NCBI GenBank assembly: GCA_964509285.1
Contig: CAZDWQ010000001.1
Coordinates: 1 to 63,005 of the forward strand
Length of the DNA stretch: 63,005 nt
Direction: 5' to 3'
DNA from: an uncultured Pseudomonadales bacterium
Lineage (GTDB): Bacteria > Patescibacteriota > Microgenomatia > UBA1400 > PJMF01
A program made the translations under genes and the position numbers. Shown piece by piece: positions 9,176-17,860 of the stretch. The notes below the pieces were generated by a model. That model ran no database searches. It was given only the letters and a program-made list of their open reading frames with translations, and was not told the DNA's origin. The first letter of the stretch is position 1. Each line of letters begins with the position of its first letter.

Positions 9176-10185
9176 TGAAGAAGTTGCAGTTATTTTTATT
9201 AATTTTCACTTTCTTTGGATTTATAGTTACTAATTCGTTACAAGTATTTGCTGCAGAACCGTCAGTGTGCGCTGCCGGTGGATTCTGTATGGAAGCAGGT
9301 AACTCTTGCGATGGCGGTGAAATTAAAGACGATGTCGTTTGTACGCCAATACCACCAGATGGACCACCAGGCTGCCAACACGGTGGATACTGTATGAACT
9401 TTAACGTAGGCTGTAGTAATGGTGGAACGACCATTACAGATGCTTCCTGTGTTGATATTCTATTTAACCAAGATGGAGAAGCCTGTTGTTATCAACCTGC
9501 TCCCGCCGGAAAAGCTTGTTGCAACACTGTTGAGCCTCCTCCTTCAGGGCCACCAAACTGCGAAAACGGTGGATACTGTATGAACTTTAACGTAGGCTGT
9601 AGTAATGGTGGAACGACCATTACAGATGCTTCCTGTGTTGATATTTTATTCAATAAAAACGGAAATGCCTGTTGCTACCCACCCGATGCTCCTCCACCAC
9701 CAGCACCTCCAGCTTCCTCTTGTGGATCTCCTGATGAGAGTGGAGCCTGTATAGACAACAACAATAACACAATCCCAGGAGCAATAACCTGTGAAAGGAA
9801 TTCTACTGTATGTTGTAATACTGAAGCAGGATGTGATGACGTTTTTCCTATTGAAAATATCGTAGATGGCCCAAGTAAAGAATTTTTTGATGCACTCAAC
9901 CCTCTTAAAACTGATGGTGATCCTGCACTTTTTGAGCAGCTTTCAACTCCGGGTGGAATTGTTTCTAGAGTGCTTCAGTTTCTATTTCCTCTAGCTGGAC
10001 TTGTTTTGTTTATCATGCTTGTTTGGGGTGGTTTTGAAATACTAGCAAAATCAGCACAAGGAACAAAGGCACTTGAAGCAGGAAAAAATAGAATTACTGC
10101 TGCAATCGTAGGTTTTATGCTTTTGTTTGCAACTTATTGGATGGCGCAAATCATCGAGGCTGTTTTTGGAATTGCTATCGTTTAA
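9175..10185 (+). CDS. Secreted Cys/Pro-rich repeat protein fused to a C-terminal T4SS-pilin-like two-helix domain
   Basis: Signal peptide; two copies of GGYCMNFNVGCSNGGTTITDASCVDILFN; a poly-Pro linker; C-terminus LVLFIMLVWGGFEILAKSAQGTKALEAGKNRITAAIVGFMLLFATYW. Confidence 0.65.
   Translation: MKKLQLFLLIFTFFGFIVTNSLQVFAAEPSVCAAGGFCMEAGNSCDGGEIKDDVVCTPIPPDGPPGCQHGGYCMNFNVGCSNGGTTITDASCVDILFNQDGEACCYQPAPAGKACCNTVEPPPSGPPNCENGGYCMNFNVGCSNGGTTITDASCVDILFNKNGNACCYPPDAPPPPAPPASSCGSPDESGACIDNNNNTIPGAITCERNSTVCCNTEAGCDDVFPIENIVDGPSKEFFDALNPLKTDGDPALFEQLSTPGGIVSRVLQFLFPLAGLVLFIMLVWGGFEILAKSAQGTKALEAGKNRITAAIVGFMLLFATYWMAQIIEAVFGIAIV
9381..9645 (+). repeat. Intragenic direct duplication: 79-bp perfect copies at 9381-9459 and 9567-9645 (period 186 bp, 62 codons)
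   Basis: Read directly. Both copies are cggtggatactgtatgaactttaacgtaggctgtagtaatggtggaacgaccattacagatgcttcctgtgttgatatt. Confidence 0.95.
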
Positions 10186-10940
10186 CCTTTGCCAAACCGT
10201 CTCGTTCTTTTATTGAACTCGATGATAACTTCATCTAGTTGCTCAGCATGCATTTCTGGAAATGTATAGGGAACAAAAACGAACTCTGAATATTGCTGTT
10301 GCCAAGACATAAATCCTGACATTCTATATTCACCACTCGTTCTCACAATAAAATCAGGATCGGGCATGTATGCGGTATCTAAGTTTTGAGCAATCACTTT
10401 CTGTGTGATATCTTCAGGTTTCATTTCACCATTTACAACTTTTTGTGCAATTTTTTTCATAGTCCTCGTAAGTTCGTCGCGACCACCATAGTTCATTGCT
10501 AAAGTTACAGTAAGTTTTGTCTCATTTTTAGTTTTTTCTTCTCCATCTACTATTCTGTCTTGAATATCTTGAGCGAACCCGGTGATATCACCTATCATTT
10601 TGAAGCAAACACCTTTTTCTTTCCATGCATCAATTCTTTTATCGAAAATCTCTCTAAATAAATTCATTAAAAAATCAACTTCTATTTTGTCACGATCCCA
10701 ATTTTCAGTACTAAAAATCCAAAAAGTGAGATATTTTAAGCCAATTTGAATTGAGTGATTAATCAGCTCCTCAAAGTTTTCATGGACTGCCTTTCTGTGA
10801 CCTGCAAAAACTTTCAATCCCTGAGCTCGAGCCCATCTTCTGTTACCATCACAAATAACCGCGATATGTGTTGGAACTGGGCCGATATTCTTTGAATTTT
10901 TTATTTCTGAATTTGACGTGCTTGTAGTTGAATGTACCAT
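10182..10940 (-). CDS. uppS: Isoprenyl transferase (undecaprenyl-diphosphate synthase)
   Basis: HIAVICDGNRRWA, plus the NYGGRDE and RTSGEYRMSGFMSWQ motifs. The ATG at 10940 (MVHSTTS) is preferred. The track's longer ORF runs through a GC hairpin and overlaps tag. Confidence 0.9.
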   Translation of the reverse strand: MVHSTTSTSNSEIKNSKNIGPVPTHIAVICDGNRRWARAQGLKVFAGHRKAVHENFEELINHSIQIGLKYLTFWIFSTENWDRDKIEVDFLMNLFREIFDKRIDAWKEKGVCFKMIGDITGFAQDIQDRIVDGEEKTKNETKLTVTLAMNYGGRDELTRTMKKIAQKVVNGEMKPEDITQKVIAQNLDTAYMPDPDFIVRTSGEYRMSGFMSWQQQYSEFVFVPYTFPEMHAEQLDEVIIEFNKRTRRFGKG

Positions 10941-10948
10941 AGTTATGT

Positions 10949-10965
10949 GCGCGCCTGCGGCGCGC
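10949..10965 (-). promoter_or_regulatory. All-GC 7-bp stem, 3-nt loop hairpin in the tag-uppS spacer
   Basis: gcgcgcc-tgc-ggcgcgc is a perfect inverted repeat. It ends 8 nt upstream of the uppS ATG and has no trailing T-run. Confidence 0.5.
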
Positions 10966-10974
10966 CCTCTCAAT

Positions 10975-11541
10975 TTACACTTGATTATACCTGAAACAAT
11001 CAACTGTATGGTCATTAACCATTCCCGTTGCTTGCATGTGAGCATAGATAATTGTTGGACCTACAAAGGTAAAGCCTCTTTTTTTTAAATCAGCACTAAT
11101 TTTTTGGGAAAGTTCTGTTTGTGCCGGATATTCAGCAACAGTTTTTCGGCTATTTATAATTTGCTTCCCATTTACAAATTGCCACATATACTTTGAAAAA
11201 CTCCCAAACTCTTTTTGAACTGCAAGAAATTTTTGGGCATTAATAATTGCAGATTTTACTTTTAGTTTATTACGAATAATTTCTGGATTTTGAAGCAATT
11301 TTTCGATGTCTTTTTCACTAAATTGAGCAACTTTTTTTACATCCCAGTTCGCAAAAGCTTTTCTATATCCTTCTCTTCGTTTCAAAATTGTTTCCCAAGA
11401 AAGTCCTGCTTGAGCACCCTCTAGTACCAAAAATTCAAACAGTTTTACATCATCAAAAACCGGAACACCCCATTCTTCATCATGATATTTCGCATAATAT
11501 ACATTACCTTTTGGAACCCAACTGCAACGATGTCTGTTCAT
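10975..11541 (-). CDS. tag: DNA-3-methyladenine glycosylase I
   Basis: RCSWVPKGNVYYAKYHDEEWGVPVFDD and LFEFLVLEGAQAGLSW are typical Tag sequences. Confidence 0.9.
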   Translation of the reverse strand: MNRHRCSWVPKGNVYYAKYHDEEWGVPVFDDVKLFEFLVLEGAQAGLSWETILKRREGYRKAFANWDVKKVAQFSEKDIEKLLQNPEIIRNKLKVKSAIINAQKFLAVQKEFGSFSKYMWQFVNGKQIINSRKTVAEYPAQTELSQKISADLKKRGFTFVGPTIIYAHMQATGMVNDHTVDCFRYNQV

Positions 11542-12134
11542 TATTTAAAAAAAGCAACTTTGTATGTACCACTCCAAATATTTTCTAAAATTGGCAGATA
11601 CTTTGTGTTAAAAGATTCTCCATCTGCAATCATTTTTTCTAATGCAACTTGAGAGACAACCCTCACTTCCGATACCTCAGACTCTTCAAAAGTAATTTTC
11701 TCTCCAGAATATTCACCAACAAAATAGTACATAAAATGAGATTCATTCGAATATTCTACAAATTTCTTTGTCAAAAAATGAAGCTGAATATCTTTTAAAT
11801 CAAACTCTTCTGCAAGTTCAATATATGCTGTTTTTTCTGGATCAGCTCCAGCCGGAATATGACCAGCAAGGAGTGACCACATATTTGGATGAACAGATTT
11901 ATATTTACTGCGTTTTTGAATAACAACATTTTTGTTTTTATCAAAGAGTAGTACAGAAATCTCGCGATGAATTAATTTTGGATCTTTATTCGCTATTTCT
12001 CTATTAATTACTCCAATTACAACATCATTTTCGTCAACCAAATCAAGCATTTCTTGGGGAGAGTTTGCTTTTTGGAAATGTTGTTTATTAGAAAAACTCA
12101 TATTTTTTGCTGGTAAATCAACCAAAAAAAACAT
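11541..12134 (-). CDS. Nudix hydrolase, IDI-like fold but lacking the catalytic Cys
   Basis: The pattern LIHREISVLLFDKNKNVVIQKRSKYKSVHPNMWSLLAGHIPAGADPEKTAYIELAEEFDL is present. An alternative start exists at 12101 (MSFSNKQ). Confidence 0.65.
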   Translation of the reverse strand: MFFLVDLPAKNMSFSNKQHFQKANSPQEMLDLVDENDVVIGVINREIANKDPKLIHREISVLLFDKNKNVVIQKRSKYKSVHPNMWSLLAGHIPAGADPEKTAYIELAEEFDLKDIQLHFLTKKFVEYSNESHFMYYFVGEYSGEKITFEESEVSEVRVVSQVALEKMIADGESFNTKYLPILENIWSGTYKVAFFK

Positions 12135-12140
12135 AAAATA

Positions 12141-13148
12141 TTAAAATAAATGTTCTGCAATTTCTTGGGGCTTATCACCTACTTTCGCCGTAAGAGTTTT
12201 TACTACTAGTGACAACGCCGACAATCTCTGAGTAACTACTTCTTCAAATTCTGGCAAAGTTAGAATGTGTACATTGAACCCGGTATTAATTGTAAAGTAA
12301 CATTCAATTCCCTCTTCGCGCATTTTTTGGACCTCTTGCATCACTTGTACTGTACCTGGATACCATAAAACAAGTGGCACTTCACTCGTTAATAAAATAC
12401 TGTGAAACTCTAATGCTTCGGCTTCTACGATTTTTCCTAAAGTTGTAAAGTTTTTTTCTTTGATCGCGTTTTTAACTGCTCCAATTTTTTCTTTTATTTT
12501 TTCTTGTCTCACACTAAAAAACGGACTTGTTTGTGCAGTTGTGTGACCTTCAGTTGAACTAATTTTCTTCATTCCTTCATCAACTACTGCAACCACATCT
12601 CTAATGTCCCAGTGATTTTTGTTAAAAATAGTTTGAGAATACGAAGTATCTGAAGTTTCACCATCAAGCCACTCAACAAATCCACCACATGCACATCTGC
12701 ACGCAGTTCCAGAAGCCTGACGAGATAAAATGCTTAATTCTTTTTCTGATAATTGCAAACCTAGTGCTGCTGCTGCTGCATACGTAAGTGCAGCCATTCC
12801 AGAACCTGAACTTGAAAGACCAGTCCCTCTTGGGAACGTGTTTTTTGATACTACTTTTGCCCGTAAATCTGCACCTTCTAAATTCGCTTGTTTCGCAAGC
12901 ACTCTCAATCTATCTAAGTGTTTACTCACTCTTGCTGCTTCATTAGATGAGTTTTCAATTTCTTCATCTTGAATAAAAACTTGGTCAGCTGTGTAATTTT
13001 TGCTAAACTCAACAGTGGTAATAGTATCTAGCCCATCTAAAATAATAGAAACACTCCCATTTTCTGGTAACCTCAAGACTTCATCTTTTTTGCCCCAATA
13101 CTTTACTAAAGCAATATCGCTTGATGCCTTAATCGTGGTTTTCTTCAT
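12141..13148 (-). CDS. mvaD: Diphosphomevalonate decarboxylase
   Basis: The IALVKYWGKKDE..LPENGSVS start and the GHMP motif PRGTGLSSSGSG are present. Length is 335 aa. Confidence 0.85.
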   Translation of the reverse strand: MKKTTIKASSDIALVKYWGKKDEVLRLPENGSVSIILDGLDTITTVEFSKNYTADQVFIQDEEIENSSNEAARVSKHLDRLRVLAKQANLEGADLRAKVVSKNTFPRGTGLSSSGSGMAALTYAAAAALGLQLSEKELSILSRQASGTACRCACGGFVEWLDGETSDTSYSQTIFNKNHWDIRDVVAVVDEGMKKISSTEGHTTAQTSPFFSVRQEKIKEKIGAVKNAIKEKNFTTLGKIVEAEALEFHSILLTSEVPLVLWYPGTVQVMQEVQKMREEGIECYFTINTGFNVHILTLPEFEEVVTQRLSALSLVVKTLTAKVGDKPQEIAEHLF

Positions 13149-13154
13149 ATTCTG

Positions 13155-14162
13155 TTATTCTCTTCCTTCTATTGTAACCCCTGGAGCCCCTATTGAAACT
13201 TCAATTATTTTTCCGTTGATATTTTCCAAAGCCTTGATCACATTTTCTTTCGTTTCTTCTGATGCAATAGCTAAAATGCAGTCTCCCCCCGCTGCTCCTG
13301 AAGAAGTTGCACCATATGCACCAGCATCTAATGCCGCGCTAATCAAATGCTCTAAACGATTATTACTCACTCCAAGTTCACGGGCACATTCTTGAGATTC
13401 ATTAAATAGATTTCCAAGCTGTTTCCAATCTTCCTTGGCAACAACTTCACCAAATTCTTCTGCCACGGCAGCTATTCTTTTAAAAATAGTGTCAATTCTT
13501 TCTGGGTTCTTGTCTAGCTTTGCGTCGACTAGTCTAATTAAAGTTGGAGTATCTGCTTTCTCGCCAGAATAGGCAATTATGAGTGGTAATTTTGGAAGTT
13601 CGATTGGCTTTACTATTCGTGCAGGACTTACGTAGTAGAGTGTCCCACCCCAAATAGCCGCTGCTAAATCATAACCAGACCCAACTCCTTGTACTTCTGT
13701 AACAGCTTCGTAACAAAACTCAAATAGTTCTTGATTGGTCAATTCAACATCGTACAAGGTAGTTAACGCTTTTGCGAACGCAACTGTAACCGCACTACTA
13801 GAACCAAATCCATAGGTAGAAGAAAAATCACTTCGTGTAGTGACAATAATTCCTTCTTTTTGTGGGTACTTTTCTAAAAAGTTTTTATAAAGAATCTCAA
13901 TAAAGCGGACTGCCTTTGGTAAATCTTTTTTTCCAAGATCTGCCATATCTTTTGTGTATGAAGTTAATCCTAAATCTGGAGCATCAAGATGAAACACATC
14001 GACTCCATTTTTAGTTACCGTGGCAAAAAGTCGTTGATCAACTGCCGTCACAACCGTTGGATATCCATGCACAACTGCATACCCCACAGACAACATAAGT
14101 TTACCAGGAGCAGACGCTGTTACTTGTTTTAAATGTGTGTGTTTAGTCATATTTTTCACCAA
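13155..14162 (-). CDS. mvaK2: Phosphomevalonate kinase (GHMP family)
   Basis: SAPGKLMLSVGYAVVHGYPTVVTAVDQ and GFGSSSA are present. It sits between mvk and mvaD. An alternative start exists at 14150. Confidence 0.75.
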   Translation of the reverse strand: MVKNMTKHTHLKQVTASAPGKLMLSVGYAVVHGYPTVVTAVDQRLFATVTKNGVDVFHLDAPDLGLTSYTKDMADLGKKDLPKAVRFIEILYKNFLEKYPQKEGIIVTTRSDFSSTYGFGSSSAVTVAFAKALTTLYDVELTNQELFEFCYEAVTEVQGVGSGYDLAAAIWGGTLYYVSPARIVKPIELPKLPLIIAYSGEKADTPTLIRLVDAKLDKNPERIDTIFKRIAAVAEEFGEVVAKEDWKQLGNLFNESQECARELGVSNNRLEHLISAALDAGAYGATSSGAAGGDCILAIASEETKENVIKALENINGKIIEVSIGAPGVTIEGRE

Positions 14163-15042
14163 AAGCCCTATTGTACCTTAATCTTGAATTTTCCCAATCG
14201 TTTTGAGTACAAAACCTTTCTACTTTTTTTAAATCCTTGTCATATACTAATATCCAACCAGAACCAGATTTTACGCCTCCTGCACCAGTAATCTTGGCGT
14301 AAGCACCTATTTTTTTAATTTTACTGAGCATTTTTTTTGCTCTCTCACCAACAACATGCAGTTTTTCTAGTTCTTCCTGATTTTGATCAAGTAAGTTACC
14401 CTCAAACGTACCAGAAACCAATTGTTTCTGAATCTGTGCACTTATTTTGCCAATTTTTTTAACCACTTTACTATTTTTGGGATCATTTTTTAGTAACTCT
14501 GCAACTTTTGTTACCATCTCACCAGTGGTTTCTGTTGCAAAACCAGAATTTACTAATAAAAACTCGTATTCTTTGGCAAATTTGAGTTTTCTTTTTTGAA
14601 ACGCACCTGTTTTTAGATTTTTTCTAAAAGAATGAGTACCTCCATATACAACTGCACAAGGATCGATCCCGCTTGGATTTTTGTGAACAAATACTTCTGA
14701 TTTAAAAACTAACTCATACATTTCATCTTGTGAAATTTTAATTGAAAAATATTCGACCAAAGCTTGTATTACAGCATGAGCAAAAGCAGCAGATGAACCC
14801 AATCCAGATTTTTGAGGAATCTGCGAATCAACTTGAATAGCTAATTTGCTTGTATCAACTATAAAATTCTTTGAGAACAAATCAAAAATATGTTGTTCAT
14901 AGCCCGTCCGTTTAATTGTCTTTTCTGATTCAGATAGTGAAACTGAAAGCTCTTTGTCCAAAAATGAGACAAGCGCTGGTTCTCCATACACTACACTGTG
15001 TTCACCGGTAATAATACACTTGCCGTTACTTGTATGTTTCAT
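14143..15042 (-). CDS. mvk: Mevalonate kinase
   Basis: GKCIITGEHSVVYGEPAL and SGLGSSAA (GHMP motif) are present. Length is 299 aa. Confidence 0.85.
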   Translation of the reverse strand: MKHTSNGKCIITGEHSVVYGEPALVSFLDKELSVSLSESEKTIKRTGYEQHIFDLFSKNFIVDTSKLAIQVDSQIPQKSGLGSSAAFAHAVIQALVEYFSIKISQDEMYELVFKSEVFVHKNPSGIDPCAVVYGGTHSFRKNLKTGAFQKRKLKFAKEYEFLLVNSGFATETTGEMVTKVAELLKNDPKNSKVVKKIGKISAQIQKQLVSGTFEGNLLDQNQEELEKLHVVGERAKKMLSKIKKIGAYAKITGAGGVKSGSGWILVYDKDLKKVERFCTQNDWENSRLRYNRAFGEKYD

Positions 15043-15093
15043 AAAAAACGTCTCAATTTGAGATATATTAATAGTCGCAAAAACTCACAAAAA

Positions 15094-15411
15094 TCATGCA
15101 AGTTTGCACGCTTTTAATCCGTAGGGAATTATCGACTTTTCATCAGGAATAGCACTCTTTCGTAGCTCTAATCTAACTTTTTCTCCAACTGTAAACAAAG
15201 TTTTTGCTTCTCCCATGATTTCTATCTTTTGTTTTTGACCATCTTTGAGTACCGGATCTAACTCAACAATTAAAAAACAATATGGTAAAAAATCTTCTAA
15301 CTCTTTTGAAGTAACGTCCAAACGAGTCGAAAATAAAATAGTCCCTGTTTTTCCAAGCAGTTTATGCCAATTTTTGCTGTTTCGATGATACTGTGCGGGT
15401 TGGATATTCAT
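15094..15411 (-). CDS. DUF35-type OB-fold protein (thiolase/HMG-CoA synthase complex partner), no Zn-ribbon
   Basis: The OB-fold pattern GTILFSTRL...PYCFLIVELD...IEIMGEAKTLFTVGEKVRLEL is present. It lies immediately downstream of the thiolase, as in archaeal operons. Confidence 0.6.
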   Translation of the reverse strand: MNIQPAQYHRNSKNWHKLLGKTGTILFSTRLDVTSKELEDFLPYCFLIVELDPVLKDGQKQKIEIMGEAKTLFTVGEKVRLELRKSAIPDEKSIIPYGLKACKLA

Positions 15412-15414
15412 AGG

Positions 15415-16656
15415 TTAGTCCTTTTGCCCAAAATCTTTACTTAAAATATGAACTATCGCAGTTGCACCACTCCCACCAACATTATGTGCGAGTGCATATA
15501 CTTTTTGATTTTTTATGTGTCTGGTTGGCAACTGATCTCGTAATACCTTTGACTGTAATAACTCAGCTAAAAAAGCAACTTGTTTAACTCCAGTTGCTCC
15601 CACTGGATGTCCGCAGGCCTTTAGTCCACCAGAAGGATTTATCACGACTTCTCCACCAAAAGTGGTTCTTCCTTCTGCAATAGCTTTTCCGCCCTCACCT
15701 TTTTTGAAAAAACCTAAGTCTTCACTTGCTAAAATTTCTGCTATGGTAAAACAATCATGCACTTCAACAAAAGAGATATCTTTTGGAGTAATTTTTGCTT
15801 GAACATATGCTTGCTCTGCGGCAAATCTAGTTGCTTGTAACTCTGTTAAACTTTCACGATCAGCTAAACTCAAACTATCTTGGGCATGACCTACCGCCTC
15901 AATCACTGGTTTGTGCTTATATTTTTTGATATCTTTGGTAGTTAAAATTACGGCACTTGCACCATCTGAGACTGGGGAACAGTCAAATAAACGTAGTGGA
16001 TCAGCAATCACCGTACTAGTACTAATAACTGCCACAGGAATTTCCTTTTGAAACTGAGCTTTGGGATTCATTACAGCATGTTTATGATTCTTGCTCGCAA
16101 CTCTTGCGAGTTGCTCGCGCGTTGTTCCAAAAGTTTGCATATGCGCTTGCGCCAGCAATGCATACAAAGCAGGAAAAGTGCTTCCATATTCTTTTTGGTA
16201 CTCACTCGCACCTGATAAAGTTTTCGTTGCATCTTGTGCTAAAGCGTCGGTCATTTTTTCTGCACCTACAACCAGCACTGTCTTATATTTTCCTGAATGC
16301 AGTGCCAACTCTGCTAGTTCTAATGCCATTGCCCCGGAAGCACAGGCTGCTTCAACTCGGAACGCTGGTGGATTATGAGGCAACATTTGTGAAACTAACG
16401 CGTTGAGATGTAGTTGGTTGGTGAACTGGCCTCCGGCCATGTTCGCCACAAAAACCGCATCAATTTCATCCGCAACAAATTTTGACTCAGCAATTTTTGT
16501 TCCGTACTCATGCTCAATATGTTTTTTATCAAATTTTGACCCAAACACAGAATTAAGCGCACCAAAAACTGCTTCTTCAAACAAGCTCTCTAAAGATCTG
16601 TCCCACAACTCTCCAAACTGCGTAATATAGTTACCGATAATTCTAATTTTTTTCAT
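15415..16656 (-). CDS. Archaeal-type acetoacetyl-CoA thiolase
   Basis: Catalytic Cys context VEAACASGAMAL; C-terminal GHPVGATG and NVGGSGA. Confidence 0.8.
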   Translation of the reverse strand: MKKIRIIGNYITQFGELWDRSLESLFEEAVFGALNSVFGSKFDKKHIEHEYGTKIAESKFVADEIDAVFVANMAGGQFTNQLHLNALVSQMLPHNPPAFRVEAACASGAMALELAELALHSGKYKTVLVVGAEKMTDALAQDATKTLSGASEYQKEYGSTFPALYALLAQAHMQTFGTTREQLARVASKNHKHAVMNPKAQFQKEIPVAVISTSTVIADPLRLFDCSPVSDGASAVILTTKDIKKYKHKPVIEAVGHAQDSLSLADRESLTELQATRFAAEQAYVQAKITPKDISFVEVHDCFTIAEILASEDLGFFKKGEGGKAIAEGRTTFGGEVVINPSGGLKACGHPVGATGVKQVAFLAELLQSKVLRDQLPTRHIKNQKVYALAHNVGGSGATAIVHILSKDFGQKD

Positions 16657-16672
16657 AATAACTGTCTTGTAC

Positions 16673-17821
16673 CTAATGGGCGCTGTTTACTCGATACTCT
16701 TCGTAAGAAATAGGCTCTAACTTTTGTAACTGGTCAGACAAAAGTTCAGCCGTTACAACAAAACTTTGGTTGCCCGACTGATCCGTCCATTTTTTTCTAG
16801 CTTGTTCGAGATATTTTGTCGTTTCAAAAATAAATACATCACTTCCAGAGCCAGAACCGTAAGAAACCACTAAAACTTTTTCGCCAGCTTGTGCAATGTC
16901 TAAAGTCGCAGCCAAACCCAACATACTTGAACCTGCGTACGTATTCCCAATTTGAGTCACTAGTAAACTTGCTTCAATTTGCTGACTTGAAAATCCAAGC
17001 TCACGGGCAACCTGAGTTGGAAACTTTGCATTTGGAGTATGAAACACGCAGAATCCGAAGTCTTTAGGTTTTAAATTAGCTTCCTTCATTACCAATTCTG
17101 CAGCCATTTTTATATGAGTGAAATATCCAGGATCAGCGGTAAATCTCCCCGCATGTTCTGGATATGCTTGGTAAGGCCTCCTCCAAAAATCTGGCGTGTC
17201 CGTTGCCACAGAAGTTGTTGCTAGTAGTCGTGCGAGTAGTTTTTGTCCACCATTTTTCTCCGCACCCAAAATATACGCTGCTCCACCTGCTCCAGCCGTA
17301 TACTCTAAGACATCTCCTGGTTTTGCTTGAGCAGTATCTGTTCCTATTGCCATCGCGTACTGGCTAAAACCCGAGCAAACATATAGCAACGCTATCTGCA
17401 TTGCCTGTGTTCCTGCCTTACAAGCAAATTGAAGGTCTGCTAAAGCGAGTGGTGAGGTAACGCCATCGTCAGAACTGTCAGAAGCAATTCCCAAAGCTTG
17501 AGCCACAACTGTTCCTGATGGCTTGACTGCATAAGGATGGCTTTCACTTCCAATAAAAAGCGCTCCAACTTCCTTCCCGATTTTCTTAGAATCAACTGAC
17601 AACTCCAACCGCTCCAAAGCCTGAAACCCGGCTGCAGTAGACAAAGTAATTGTGTCTTCATCAATTCCTGGAACTGTTTTTGATTCAACCCCAAGTGCTT
17701 TAAAAATCTTTTGTTCTGTTTTTCCCTGAGCTGCAGCAACTTGAGATCCCAAAATTTTGAGCCGAGGAATTCGTGCCCCATATGAAACAATACCAACTGA
17801 TGTTTTTTTATTTAAAATCAT
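16673..17821 (-). CDS. Hydroxymethylglutaryl-CoA synthase, short archaeal-type
   Basis: VGIVSYGARIPRLKI start, catalytic Cys region DLQFACKAGTQAM, length 382 aa. It is adjacent to the thiolase and DUF35 genes. Confidence 0.75.
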   Translation of the reverse strand: MILNKKTSVGIVSYGARIPRLKILGSQVAAAQGKTEQKIFKALGVESKTVPGIDEDTITLSTAAGFQALERLELSVDSKKIGKEVGALFIGSESHPYAVKPSGTVVAQALGIASDSSDDGVTSPLALADLQFACKAGTQAMQIALLYVCSGFSQYAMAIGTDTAQAKPGDVLEYTAGAGGAAYILGAEKNGGQKLLARLLATTSVATDTPDFWRRPYQAYPEHAGRFTADPGYFTHIKMAAELVMKEANLKPKDFGFCVFHTPNAKFPTQVARELGFSSQQIEASLLVTQIGNTYAGSSMLGLAATLDIAQAGEKVLVVSYGSGSGSDVFIFETTKYLEQARKKWTDQSGNQSFVVTAELLSDQLQKLEPISYEEYRVNSAH

Positions 17822-17860
17822 TACAAAAAACTTGCGGGAGCTAAAACTAGAGCCAGCAAT

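Noticed and set aside
10941-11045. N-terminal 35-aa extension of uppS in the ORF track. A similar extension at 7769-7906 precedes the first pilin-fusion gene.
   Set aside because: The extensions overlap the upstream gene or run through the GC hairpin and promoter-like sequence. Internal ATGs give canonical N-termini: MVHSTT... followed by the DGNRRWA motif for uppS, and a signal peptide MKKILHIF... for the pilin-fusion gene.
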